A stretch of DNA of 64,000 nt. Source: Alphaproteobacteria bacterium. GTDB lineage: Bacteria > Pseudomonadota > Alphaproteobacteria > SMXQ01. The notes beneath the pieces are model-generated. The model worked only from the letters and a program-made list of their open reading frames with translations, was not told the origin of the DNA and did no database searches. Location of the stretch: the NCBI GenBank assembly GCA_033720855.1, contig JAWWBR010000002.1:972-64971 (forward strand). Reading direction: 5' to 3'. The position numbers and the translations under genes were made by a program. Positions 36,952 through 46,066 of this stretch are shown one piece after another (positions within the stretch are counted from its first letter, which is position 1; each line of letters starts with the position of its first letter).

Positions 36952-37725
36952 TCAGGCGATGGTGACGTAGCGAGCGCCGTTGACGTGCAGCATCTGGCCG
37001 CTCATGTATCGGCACCCGCCGGCACAGAGGTAGAGCGCCAAGTCGGCGATTTCCTCCGGCTCGGCGGAGCGGCCCATGGGGCTGTCGCCGCGGCCAGTGC
37101 GGTGCTCGTTGCGGTCGCCGCTGGGCTTTTTCGCCGTATCCACGCGGCCCGGAACGATGCAGTTCACGGTGATGTTATGGGGGGCGAGCTCGGCCGCAAG
37201 CGCCCCGGTCATCCCCGCGATCCCGGCCTTGGCGGTGGCGACGTGGCAGCGGTTGGCAACGCCCGAATGGCCGGACCCGCCACCGATGTTGACGATGGTC
37301 CCGCCGCCGCGCTCGATCATGTGCGGCGCGCAGTTCTTGACGCAGAAGAAGAAGCCGTCGAGCGAGGTCTCCATGGTCGCCCGCCACTCCTCGGCCGTGA
37401 GTTCGGGCAATGGACGATAGCTGCGGATATTGGCGTTGTTGACAAGGATATCCACGCCGCCGAAGCGCGAGACCGTCTCCGCCACCATGGCCTCGACCTC
37501 GTCGAATTTCCGTATATCGGCACAGTGGGAGAGGGCGCTGCCGCCGTCGGCCTCGATCTCGCTGACGGTCGCTGCCGCCGCCTCGGCGGAGGTCAGGTAG
37601 TTGACGACCACGCTGGCACCGGCACCCGCCAGCATCTTCGCGATGACGCTGCCAATATTCTGGGCGGCACCCGTGACAATGGCGACTTTACCGTCGAGAC
37701 CGGTCCCGTAATCCCGAACACTCAT
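36952..37725 (-). CDS. SDR-family oxidoreductase (3-oxoacyl-ACP reductase-like).
   Basis: ORF 36952..37725 on the - strand. The TGAAQNIG Rossmann motif and the catalytic motif region are present. Confidence 0.85.
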   Translation of the reverse strand: MSVRDYGTGLDGKVAIVTGAAQNIGSVIAKMLAGAGASVVVNYLTSAEAAAATVSEIEADGGSALSHCADIRKFDEVEAMVAETVSRFGGVDILVNNANIRSYRPLPELTAEEWRATMETSLDGFFFCVKNCAPHMIERGGGTIVNIGGGSGHSGVANRCHVATAKAGIAGMTGALAAELAPHNITVNCIVPGRVDTAKKPSGDRNEHRTGRGDSPMGRSAEPEEIADLALYLCAGGCRYMSGQMLHVNGARYVTIA

Positions 37726-37916
37726 GGCCTGTCATCCGCAGGTTCGAACGCGCGGTTGCGCGGAAGGTCGGGTTTGTGATCGGGCATTTCTCGGCCTCCA
37801 ACTCTTGGCTGTTGCGGGCGGTTCCGGTACCGCCGCCGTTGACACTGGCCAAACAATAGCAGGAATTGGCCTGACGGCCACGATGCGCGGCGCCGGACGC
37901 GGCAAGCGCCCGATCG

Positions 37917-38735
37917 TCATTTCCGCGTAAACAGCCGGTTTTTCGCGCCGCCCTCCACACGCGCCGCGGGCGAGAGGCCGGCTTGCTCCAGCAACGGGAC
38001 GATCTCACCGTCGAAGCGCGCGCGATTGCGGCCTTCGACCTCGATGATCACGCTGCGCGCCCCACCGAGCACCTTCGCCGCCCCCTTCAAAATCGGGATT
38101 TCGATACCGTCGACATCCAGCTTGACATGGGCCGGCGGCGGCAGATCGAAGCGCTCCACCAGGTCGTCGGCGGCATAGGCGAGGACCGCTTGGCGAAAGC
38201 GCGGCTCGAAGGCCGAGAACTGGCTCTCGGGCTGCCCGATGGTGCTGAAGGCGTGACCCGGCTCGAAGCCGCTCATGAACAGCGCCGTGGCTTCGCTGCG
38301 TTCGCCGAGGGCGAGGCAATAGGGGGCCAACCGGTCGCCCAGACCGTTCAACTCCGTATGGGCGACCAGCAGCCCGAAATTGATCCCGCTCGGCTCGAAG
38401 GCAAGGACCTCGGCCCCGGCTTTGGCGGCGTAACAGGAAAAAATCCCGACATTGGCGCCGATGTCCCAAAGCACGTCCCCCGCCGCGACTTGGTCATCGA
38501 TCCAGGCGATGGTCTCCGGTTCGTCCTGCTGAAAGGTGTGGAGGGCGCTCGCCGCCGCCGCGCCCAGATTGGAGTAGAATCTGATCGGGCCATGTGGGGT
38601 CTCTACGGTATGGACCGACGCGCGGTCGAAGTGATCGCGCACGCGGGCATAGACCCGCGCCCTCTGCCGCGCCGAGGTGGGCAGGGTAATCATCCGGGCG
38701 AAGCCGGCAACCAGGCTTGCCAGCGTCCGGCTCAC
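37917..38735 (-). CDS. FkbM-family methyltransferase.
   Basis: ORF 37917..38735 on the - strand. DIGANVGIFS, FEP and the LKLDVDGIE motifs are present. Confidence 0.75.
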   Translation of the reverse strand: MSRTLASLVAGFARMITLPTSARQRARVYARVRDHFDRASVHTVETPHGPIRFYSNLGAAAASALHTFQQDEPETIAWIDDQVAAGDVLWDIGANVGIFSCYAAKAGAEVLAFEPSGINFGLLVAHTELNGLGDRLAPYCLALGERSEATALFMSGFEPGHAFSTIGQPESQFSAFEPRFRQAVLAYAADDLVERFDLPPPAHVKLDVDGIEIPILKGAAKVLGGARSVIIEVEGRNRARFDGEIVPLLEQAGLSPAARVEGGAKNRLFTRK

Positions 38736-38871
38736 GGGCGCCAGCCGATCACGCGATCGGTCCAGTGCCCGACCGCGCGCCAGGCGGGGTGTAGCGTCAT
38801 TGCCAGCCTCCCGAGATCAAGCTTCTGGGCGTAGTTCCCAGGGGCCGCCCGCATCGATCGCGGAGCCCGGG

Positions 38872-39615
38872 TCAGCCCAAATGCTTGGCGAAGAACGCAA
38901 AGACCTTTTCCCAGCCGTCCTGGGCCTGCTCGTAACGGTAGCGCCCCGCGGCGTAATTGAAGAACGCGTGGCCCGCATCGTCGTAGCGGTGAAACTCGTA
39001 GTCCTTTCCCTGGGCCTTCAGTTCCGCCTCGATCCTGTCGACCTGCTCGGTGTCGGGATTGCCGTCGTCATTGCCGAACAGGCCCAGCAGCGGCACCGAG
39101 ATCTCCGGCGTCATGTCGATCGGAGCGACCGGCTGATTGTCGTTCAGCTTTGCCGGCGGCGACGTCACGTTGCCGCCCCAGCAGTCCACGGCGCAGTCAA
39201 GCCCCGGCATCTTCGCTGCCGCCATATAGGCGACCCGGCCACCGGAGCAGAAGCCGATCAGCCCGATCTTTCCGTTCGAGGTGGGAAGGTCACGGAGATA
39301 AGATTCGCCGCCGGAGAGATCGTCGATGACGAATTCGTCGATCTGGCCGCCCATTTCCCGGACCCGATCCGCCTTCTCCGAAGGGGTACCCGGCCCTTGA
39401 CGAAAATGCAGGTCCGGCGACACCGCGTTGTAGCCGTGATGGGCGACCTTGCGCACCACCTCCCGGGTCCATTCGTCCCATCCCGGCATATGATGGACGA
39501 CGATCACGCCGCCGAGCGGACCGGCGCCGAGCGGCCTCGCCGCGTAGGCATCGATCAATTCCCCGTCATGGCCGTGGACCCGAACGGTCTCGGCGATCAT
39601 TCCCTCATAGGACAT
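38872..39615 (-). CDS. Dienelactone hydrolase family protein.
   Basis: ORF 38872..39690 on the - strand. The start is likely MSYEGM (codon 39613-39615) with a GGAGGGA RBS. The GFCSGG nucleophile motif is present, and the DLH fold ends in DAGHAF. Confidence 0.8.
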   Translation of the reverse strand: MSYEGMIAETVRVHGHDGELIDAYAARPLGAGPLGGVIVVHHMPGWDEWTREVVRKVAHHGYNAVSPDLHFRQGPGTPSEKADRVREMGGQIDEFVIDDLSGGESYLRDLPTSNGKIGLIGFCSGGRVAYMAAAKMPGLDCAVDCWGGNVTSPPAKLNDNQPVAPIDMTPEISVPLLGLFGNDDGNPDTEQVDRIEAELKAQGKDYEFHRYDDAGHAFFNYAAGRYRYEQAQDGWEKVFAFFAKHLG

Positions 39616-39820
39616 CGATCTTTTCCTCCCTCCAAGCTTTGGATATTCCCCACAGCATGATAAGCGCGCGCCACCCTTGCAAGGGAGCAAAAAAGCTCGA
39701 CCGCGATGGGCAGTTGAACCCCTTGCTGTGGTCGGCTAGCATCCCCTCCGAAATGTCGTCGACCGCTCAAGCTCAGAAACAATGGGTTGCGGTCTGGTTT
39801 TTTCAACACGGGAGACTCGA

Positions 39821-41137
39821 ATGTTTTCTATCCCCATAAAATCGGGAGGGCTCGGCGCCCTTGCTTTATCTACAGTGATTGCCACGGGCTTCGGCGCCGG
39901 CATGGCCGGCACCGCCGAGGCCGTGAACTTCAAGGGCAAGACCATCACGGTCGTGATCGGCTACGCCGCCGGCGGCGGCTACGACCGCTATGGCCGCCAG
40001 GTGGCACGCCACATCGGCCGGCATCTGCCGGGCAACCCCCAAGTCATCGCCCAGAACCGGCCCGGCGCCGGCAGCTACAAGGCGGTCAACTACATCTATC
40101 ACCAGGCGCCCAAGGACGGCACCGTATTCGGCACCTTCGCCCGCTCGGTTCCGATTCTGTCGTTTGCCGGCAAGCTGAAACAAGCGGACTTCGACCCGCG
40201 CAAACTGACCTGGATCGGCACCTCCTCGAGCTATAAGGGGGAGAGCTATCTGATGGTGGTGCGCAAGGATACGGGCATCAAGTCCATCGAGGATATGCAG
40301 AAACTCAAGAAGCCGCTCAACTTCGCGGCCACCTCGTTCGGTTCCGACGGCACCGACGTGCCGATCATTCTTAAGGACATCCTTCGCATCAACGTTCAAC
40401 CCTTGCGCGGCTATCCCGGCGGCAACACCCTTTACCTCGCGGTCGAACGCGGCGAGGCTCAGGCGCGGATGGTCGGCTACGCCTCGATGAAGACGGCGAT
40501 GCCGCACTGGCTCGACCCCGCCAAGACCCCGATCCGCGTGGTTTTGCAGTTCGCTACAAAGACGCGTCTGCCGGAATTTCCTGACGCGCCGACAGCGCGG
40601 GAACTGATGACCAATCAGGCCGACCGGGACCTTATCGAAATGCTCGAGGCCCCGTTCTTCATGGCCCGGCCCTTCGCGGGGCCTCCGGGGCTGAAACCCG
40701 ACGTGACGAAGGCGCTGCGCAAGGCGTTCATGGACGCCCATGCGGATCCCCTATATATCGCCGAAGCCAAGAAGGTTCGGCTTCTCACCAGCCCGTCCGA
40801 CGGAGAGACCGTGCAGAATCTCGTCGAAGAGCTGGGCAAGAAGCCGCGGGCCCTCTACGACCGCTACTCTAAGCTCCTCGCAAACCCGAAATCGCCGGTT
40901 CGCCAGGTCCAGTGGCAGACCGTCACCGGAACCATCACCAAGGTCAACAAGCGCGGCAGCAAGTTCTCGATCAAGGTCGACGGCAAGGTTCACAATGGTC
41001 GCATGCGCGGCCGTTACACCAAGGCCAAGATCGACGGCAAGAAGGCCAGCCGCAAGAAGATCAAGGCCGGCATGACCTGCACGATCAAGTGGGAAGGCCC
41101 GAAGAGCTACGCTGGGGAGATGGACTGCAAGTCCTAA
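39821..41137 (+). CDS. TctC/Bug-family substrate-binding protein with a C-terminal extension homologous to that of the gene at 30075-31304 (...KAGMTCTIKWEGPKSYAGEMDCKS).
   Basis: ORF 39782..41137. The start is likely MFSIPIKSGG... (39821). A signal peptide and the Bug core are present. Confidence 0.8.
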   Translation: MFSIPIKSGGLGALALSTVIATGFGAGMAGTAEAVNFKGKTITVVIGYAAGGGYDRYGRQVARHIGRHLPGNPQVIAQNRPGAGSYKAVNYIYHQAPKDGTVFGTFARSVPILSFAGKLKQADFDPRKLTWIGTSSSYKGESYLMVVRKDTGIKSIEDMQKLKKPLNFAATSFGSDGTDVPIILKDILRINVQPLRGYPGGNTLYLAVERGEAQARMVGYASMKTAMPHWLDPAKTPIRVVLQFATKTRLPEFPDAPTARELMTNQADRDLIEMLEAPFFMARPFAGPPGLKPDVTKALRKAFMDAHADPLYIAEAKKVRLLTSPSDGETVQNLVEELGKKPRALYDRYSKLLANPKSPVRQVQWQTVTGTITKVNKRGSKFSIKVDGKVHNGRMRGRYTKAKIDGKKASRKKIKAGMTCTIKWEGPKSYAGEMDCKS

Positions 41138-41164
41138 ACAGCTCCACCAACCAAACTCGAACCA

Positions 41165-41194
41165 AGGGCGGGGCCTCGGCTCCGCCCTTTTTCC
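41165..41194 (+). terminator. Rho-independent terminator. The stem is GGGCGGGGCC...GGCTCCGCCC, followed by TTTTTCC.
   Basis: A GC hairpin plus T-run lies 28 nt after the stop of the TctC-like gene. Confidence 0.7.
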
Positions 41195-41333
41195 GTTCGT
41201 GGCTCCGGCATCCCTGGAAAAAGCCCGATCCGGTGGCCCTCAATCGCTTTGTCTTTTCCGCCCCATGTTTTATGAGTAGTGATCCCGGCTGACACACGAT
41301 CGCAAGACACCGCAGCCGGTCACAAGCCCGCGG

Positions 41334-42581
41334 ATGCCGGGCCGGAGCAAACGAGAACGAGGACGACCCAGGTTGGCCGATACCGCCACCGACGAGATAC
41401 CCCTGCGCGTGCAAAACGCGGTCTATGCATCGGGCTATCTCTCCACCAGCATGCAGAACATGGCGGGACTTCTCGTTCCGCTTTGGGTCGTTGCGACCCT
41501 GCAACCTTCCGCCTTCGTGATCGGGATCATCCTGGGTGCGCGGAACTTCCTGCCGACCCTGCTGTCGATACATGGCGGCGCCATGATGGACCATCTCGGC
41601 GCCAAGCGGGTGATGATGGTCTTCGCCGTCGTCGGCGTCATCGTCCACCTTATCTTTCCCATGGCCGACTGGGTGTGGGCGGTCATCCTCCTGCAGATGC
41701 TGGGCGGCCTGGCGACGACCATGTCGTGGGTAGGGACCCAAACCCTGATCGGGCAGATCATGAAGGGGGATGCCATCCATTCGGGGCGGCTGAGCTCGGC
41801 GGCGTTGATCGGCAACCTGACGGTGCCGCCGATCATCGGCGCGGCATGGGATCATCTCGGCGCGTGGGGCGGGTTTCTGACCATGGCCTTGTGGTCGGCG
41901 GGAGTGTTCGTCGCCGCGCTCATCTTGCCCGCGCCCTCCAAAGAGCTTGCCCGTGCCGGAGACCGCATTCGCGCCCGCGACTTCATCCCCCGCCTGTCGA
42001 GCTATGTGGAGGCGTTCGCGATGCTCGCGGTCCCCGTCATCGCCCTGGTGGTGATGATTTCGGTCCTGCGCAACACCACCTATGCCGTCCGCGGCTCGTT
42101 TTACGTCGTCTATCTCGAAAGCATCAACCTGACCGGTACCGAGATCGGCTTTCTGATGTCCGCCGCCGGCCTGTTCGGTGCAGGCGCGGCCCTGCTCGCC
42201 GGCCGCCTGGCGAAAATCGTCAAACCGCTGATCCTGCTGTTCATCACCGTTGCGGGCACGATCGTCTTCATCTCCATCCCGCCTTTGTTCGACACCTATT
42301 GGGTGTTGATGATCGTCGCCGGAGTTTGGGGTGCCTCGGCCGGCATGAGCATGCCCCTGATGCTGTCGATCCTATCCCAGGCGGCCGATGCCCAGTCCCA
42401 GGGCAAGGGGGTCGGTGTGCGCATCACCGCCAACCGCATGGCCTCAACGGTGCTGCCGGTCATCATGGGCGCGGTCGCGGATGCGTCTGGCATCGGCGGA
42501 AGCTTCCTGATCATCGGCGCGGCAATGATCTTCGCCCTAGGGGGTATCGCCCTTTTCGCACGGCGCGTCGCCGGGGCCTGA
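41334..42581 (+). CDS. MFS transporter.
   Basis: ORF 41334..42581, 415 aa. The product has about 12 predicted TM helices and an MFS-like loop motif. Confidence 0.8.
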   Translation: MPGRSKRERGRPRLADTATDEIPLRVQNAVYASGYLSTSMQNMAGLLVPLWVVATLQPSAFVIGIILGARNFLPTLLSIHGGAMMDHLGAKRVMMVFAVVGVIVHLIFPMADWVWAVILLQMLGGLATTMSWVGTQTLIGQIMKGDAIHSGRLSSAALIGNLTVPPIIGAAWDHLGAWGGFLTMALWSAGVFVAALILPAPSKELARAGDRIRARDFIPRLSSYVEAFAMLAVPVIALVVMISVLRNTTYAVRGSFYVVYLESINLTGTEIGFLMSAAGLFGAGAALLAGRLAKIVKPLILLFITVAGTIVFISIPPLFDTYWVLMIVAGVWGASAGMSMPLMLSILSQAADAQSQGKGVGVRITANRMASTVLPVIMGAVADASGIGGSFLIIGAAMIFALGGIALFARRVAGA

Positions 42582-42683
42582 CGCCAGGCGGGCCTCGCCG
42601 ACGAGGTATACGGCCCATGACGGGACGCGCCCTTGAGAGGCGTTTTGGTTTAGAATTCATATTTTGAGGGAGGATGCGGCGCG

Positions 42684-43538
42684 ATGCGATTGTGCAGGTT
42701 CGGCCATGACCGTTTGGGACTCGTCGTCGGCGATGAGGTTGTCGACGTCAGCGCCGCCCTCGATAGCCTCGAGCCGGTCCGTTGGCCCTATCCCAGCGGC
42801 GATGCGCTCATTTCCAACGTCGCGGCGCTGCAGCCCGCGATCGAGGCCGCAGCCGAGGCCGGCGCCCGTGAGCCGCTTGCCGAGATCGCCCTCCGGAGCC
42901 CCGTCGCCAACCCCGGCAAGATCATCGGCATCGCCCGCAACCGCCGGGACCTCGCCAAGGAGTCCAATCCACTGGGAAGGGGAAGCCAGAGCCGGCAGGA
43001 CGGCGATCCGGTTCACATGTTCATCAAGGCGACCAGTGCCCTGGCCGGACCTTCGGACGGCATCGCCTTGCGCTTCCTCGACAGGCGGAACGATCCCGAA
43101 GCCGAACTGACGGTGGTGATCGGTACGGGCGGGACCGATATTCCCCGAGAGGCGGCGCTCGATCACGTGTTTGGCTACTGCATCGGCCTCGATATCAGCC
43201 TGCGCGGCACGGAAAGCCCGAGTTCAAGAAAATCCATCGACAGCTATGCCGTCCTCGGGCCCTGGATCGTCACCAAGGACGAGCTTCCCGACCCGGACAA
43301 CGTCGAGAATTCGCTTCGGGTCAACGGCCAGTTGGTGCATGAGGCGAACACCCGGGACTTCGCCTTTGACGTCGCCACCCTGATCGCGCATGCCTCGAGC
43401 TTTTATACGCTCTATCCGGGCGACGTCATCATGGCGGGCACCCCCGCCATCTCAGAGCCGGTTCACCCCGGCGACGTCATCTCAGCCCGCTTCGAGGGCA
43501 TCGGCGAGATGACCGTCGCGGTCGGGGCGCACGCCTGA
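42684..43538 (+). CDS. Fumarylacetoacetate hydrolase (FAH) family protein (HpaG/2-keto-4-pentenoate hydratase-like).
   Basis: ORF 42684..43538. The FAH C-terminal fold motifs are present (GDVIMAGTP...PGDVI). Confidence 0.85.
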   Translation: MRLCRFGHDRLGLVVGDEVVDVSAALDSLEPVRWPYPSGDALISNVAALQPAIEAAAEAGAREPLAEIALRSPVANPGKIIGIARNRRDLAKESNPLGRGSQSRQDGDPVHMFIKATSALAGPSDGIALRFLDRRNDPEAELTVVIGTGGTDIPREAALDHVFGYCIGLDISLRGTESPSSRKSIDSYAVLGPWIVTKDELPDPDNVENSLRVNGQLVHEANTRDFAFDVATLIAHASSFYTLYPGDVIMAGTPAISEPVHPGDVISARFEGIGEMTVAVGAHA

Positions 43539-43549
43539 GGGGCGGCCGA

Positions 43550-44869
43550 TCAGGACGGTCCTTTTTGCCCCTCGGGACCGGTGTATTTGAGGATTTCCAG
43601 TCCCTTGAAACGGTCAATCAGGAAAATCCGCCCGGCATCGTCGACGAACACATCGTTGGACTGCACGGTCTCGGTTCCCGGCATTGGCTCGGGAATGAAA
43701 TAGCCGACCTCCTCGGGCTTCATGGGATCGGCGATATCGACCACACGCAGGCCGCCGCGGAACCAGGCGACATAGACCAGGCTGTCGGTCATGCGCTCGT
43801 GGCACTGATGGGCACCGAAGCGCGCCACCCGCGGGCTCAGATCGCCAAGCCGGTGGGGCGTCGATTCCTCCAGCACCGTGAAGGACGAAAGCGGTTGGGG
43901 ATCGGTCTCGTCGCTGACGTCGAACAACCACATGAACGCCGGCACCTGCCCCTCACGCGGGCGGCCCGGCTGCTCGTCGACCACCACCGCGACATCGCGG
44001 CCGCCCAGGGGGAAGGGCATGCGGGCGAAGGTATGGGTCGAGGGGCGGAACGGCGGATGATAGTTGTAGTGGCTCAGCATGCGCGGTTTGGTGATGTCGC
44101 TGATATCGAGAATGACGATGCCGGCGGCATGGTAGCTGACATAGAGGCGATCGCCGAAGCGCAGCGGGTGGTGGCATTCGTAGCGCAGTTCGGTCTCCGG
44201 CGTCTCGCCGCCGGCGACCCATTGGCCCGGCAGCCACCAGCGCGAGACCTCCCGGGGATTGGCCGGGTCGGAGAGATCCACGATCACCACGATATTGCGC
44301 GCGTAGCCCTCCATGCCGGTGGAAAGGTAGGCATAGGTGCCATCGAAATCGAACCGGTGTACGCCGTTGCCGTGGGTTTTGAAGAACGCCGTCTCGCGCG
44401 GGTTGGCGGGATCGGAAATATCGAAAACCCGCATGCCGCCGGAATCGTACTCGCTCTCCGCCGCTTTCAGCATGGCGGGGATGTCCTCGGCCCTGTAATT
44501 GAACACCGCGGCCAGTTCACTGTCGCTGGGCGCGCGGCCGAGCTCGGTGGTTAGCCGTTCGCGGGCGGCCGGCAGTTGCAGGCCCGCCGCGCGGAGGTGG
44601 CGGGTATGGTTCTCGTTGTTGATGACCATCACGTCGCCATGGACCCGGACCTTGTGGGAATGGTTGCCCGGCTCGATCTCGAGGCGGCTCAAAAGCTTGG
44701 GGTTCTCGATATCGGAAATGTCGATGATCGAGGTCCCTGCCGGCGGATCGATATGGCCGACGAAGGCGAGATCCCCCTGCACCGTGATCTGCCCGCCGCC
44801 GGGGATATCCATGCGGCTGATCCGTTCCACGTTCTTGGCGACATCGCCGATTGCCGAGGCATCCATCAC
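43550..44869 (-). CDS. LVIVD-repeat beta-propeller protein with no signal peptide.
   Basis: ORF 43550..44869 on the - strand. Repeated motifs include RVFDISDPANP, IVDLSDPANP, ILDISDITKP and VVDIADPMKP. Confidence 0.75.
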   Translation of the reverse strand: MMDASAIGDVAKNVERISRMDIPGGGQITVQGDLAFVGHIDPPAGTSIIDISDIENPKLLSRLEIEPGNHSHKVRVHGDVMVINNENHTRHLRAAGLQLPAARERLTTELGRAPSDSELAAVFNYRAEDIPAMLKAAESEYDSGGMRVFDISDPANPRETAFFKTHGNGVHRFDFDGTYAYLSTGMEGYARNIVVIVDLSDPANPREVSRWWLPGQWVAGGETPETELRYECHHPLRFGDRLYVSYHAAGIVILDISDITKPRMLSHYNYHPPFRPSTHTFARMPFPLGGRDVAVVVDEQPGRPREGQVPAFMWLFDVSDETDPQPLSSFTVLEESTPHRLGDLSPRVARFGAHQCHERMTDSLVYVAWFRGGLRVVDIADPMKPEEVGYFIPEPMPGTETVQSNDVFVDDAGRIFLIDRFKGLEILKYTGPEGQKGPS

Positions 44870-44961
44870 TTAACTCCTTCTCTTTCGCATCGGCCCATAC
44901 CGCCTGGTAACGATATCGCCGGATTGGTGGTACTTGGCAGCCGCAAGCATAAAGCCCGCCG

Positions 44962-46059
44962 TCACTGCCGGAACAACGTGCAGGCCTCGGGACGAAAGGC
45001 CAGGTACAAGGTCTCGCCGAGGCCGAGCTCGGCGTTCTGTTCGACCTTGGCGCGAATGACCTGATCGCCGACCGAAACCTGGCAGTCGATGGAATCGCCC
45101 AGGAACACCGCTTGCTGCAACTGGCCCTTAACGACGTTGAGGCCGTTCTCCTGGGTCATGGTTCGCGACGCGTTCATGCTTTCGGGCCTGACGGCGACGA
45201 CCACCTTGTCGCCGACGCCGACACCGGGGGGCAGGGCACAGGCCACCGCACTGCCGCCGATATCTACCCTGGCCATGCCGTTTTCCGGGGCCGCGGCCAC
45301 GCCGCCCCGGAAGAAGTTCACCTGGCCCACGAACTGGGCGACGAAGGGCGTTTCCGGCTTGAGGTAGATCTCGCGCGGCGTGCCCTGCTGCAGGATGCGC
45401 CCTTCCAGCATCACCGCGATCCGGTCCGACATGGCCAAGGCCTCGAGCTGATCATGGGTCACGTAAAGCGAGGTGATGCCGAGCTTGCGGGTAAGCTCCT
45501 TGATCTCCAGGCGCAATTCCTCGCGCAGCTTGGCATCCAGATTTGACAGCGGCTCGTCGAGCAGCAACACCTCGGGCCGGGACACCAGGGCCCGGGCCAG
45601 GGCGACCCGCTGCTGCTGGCCGCCCGACAGGAACGGCGTCGGCCGGTCGGCGAGCTCCTCCATCTTCACCAGCCTGAGCGCCTCCATCACCCGTTCGGTG
45701 CGCGCGGGGTTGGGCACGCGCGACTTCATCTGCTTGAGGGGAAAGGCGACATTGTTGAACACCGTCATGTGGGGCCAGATGGCATAGGATTGAAACACCA
45801 TGCCGATGGGCCGCAGATTGGCCGGCAACGATCGTCCGCCGCCGGCGACGGTCTTGTCACCGATGACGATTTCGCCGCCGTCGGGATACTCCAGCCCGGC
45901 AAGGCACCGAAGGGTGGTCGATTTGCCGCAGCCCGACGGCCCGAGAAGCGTGTAGAACTCGCCCGGCTCGATGTCGAAATCGATGCCGGCCAGCGCCGTT
46001 ACCCGCCCCTGAGCGGTATCGTAGTTCTTGACCAATCGGCGGACGCTGACCTTCATCAT
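44962..46059 (-). CDS. ABC transporter ATP-binding protein (FbpC/PotA type with a C-terminal TOBE domain).
   Basis: ORF 44962..46059 on the - strand. Walker A GPSGCGKST, the LSGGQQQRVALAR signature and Walker B LLLDEP are present. Confidence 0.9.
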   Translation of the reverse strand: MMKVSVRRLVKNYDTAQGRVTALAGIDFDIEPGEFYTLLGPSGCGKSTTLRCLAGLEYPDGGEIVIGDKTVAGGGRSLPANLRPIGMVFQSYAIWPHMTVFNNVAFPLKQMKSRVPNPARTERVMEALRLVKMEELADRPTPFLSGGQQQRVALARALVSRPEVLLLDEPLSNLDAKLREELRLEIKELTRKLGITSLYVTHDQLEALAMSDRIAVMLEGRILQQGTPREIYLKPETPFVAQFVGQVNFFRGGVAAAPENGMARVDIGGSAVACALPPGVGVGDKVVVAVRPESMNASRTMTQENGLNVVKGQLQQAVFLGDSIDCQVSVGDQVIRAKVEQNAELGLGETLYLAFRPEACTLFRQ

Positions 46060-46066
46060 GCGGTAC

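Noticed and set aside
41279-42667. 462-aa plus ORF overlapping the MFS transporter in a different frame
   Set aside because: It is a Arg/Pro/Gly-rich frame-shifted shadow. The MFS frame gives 12 TM helices.
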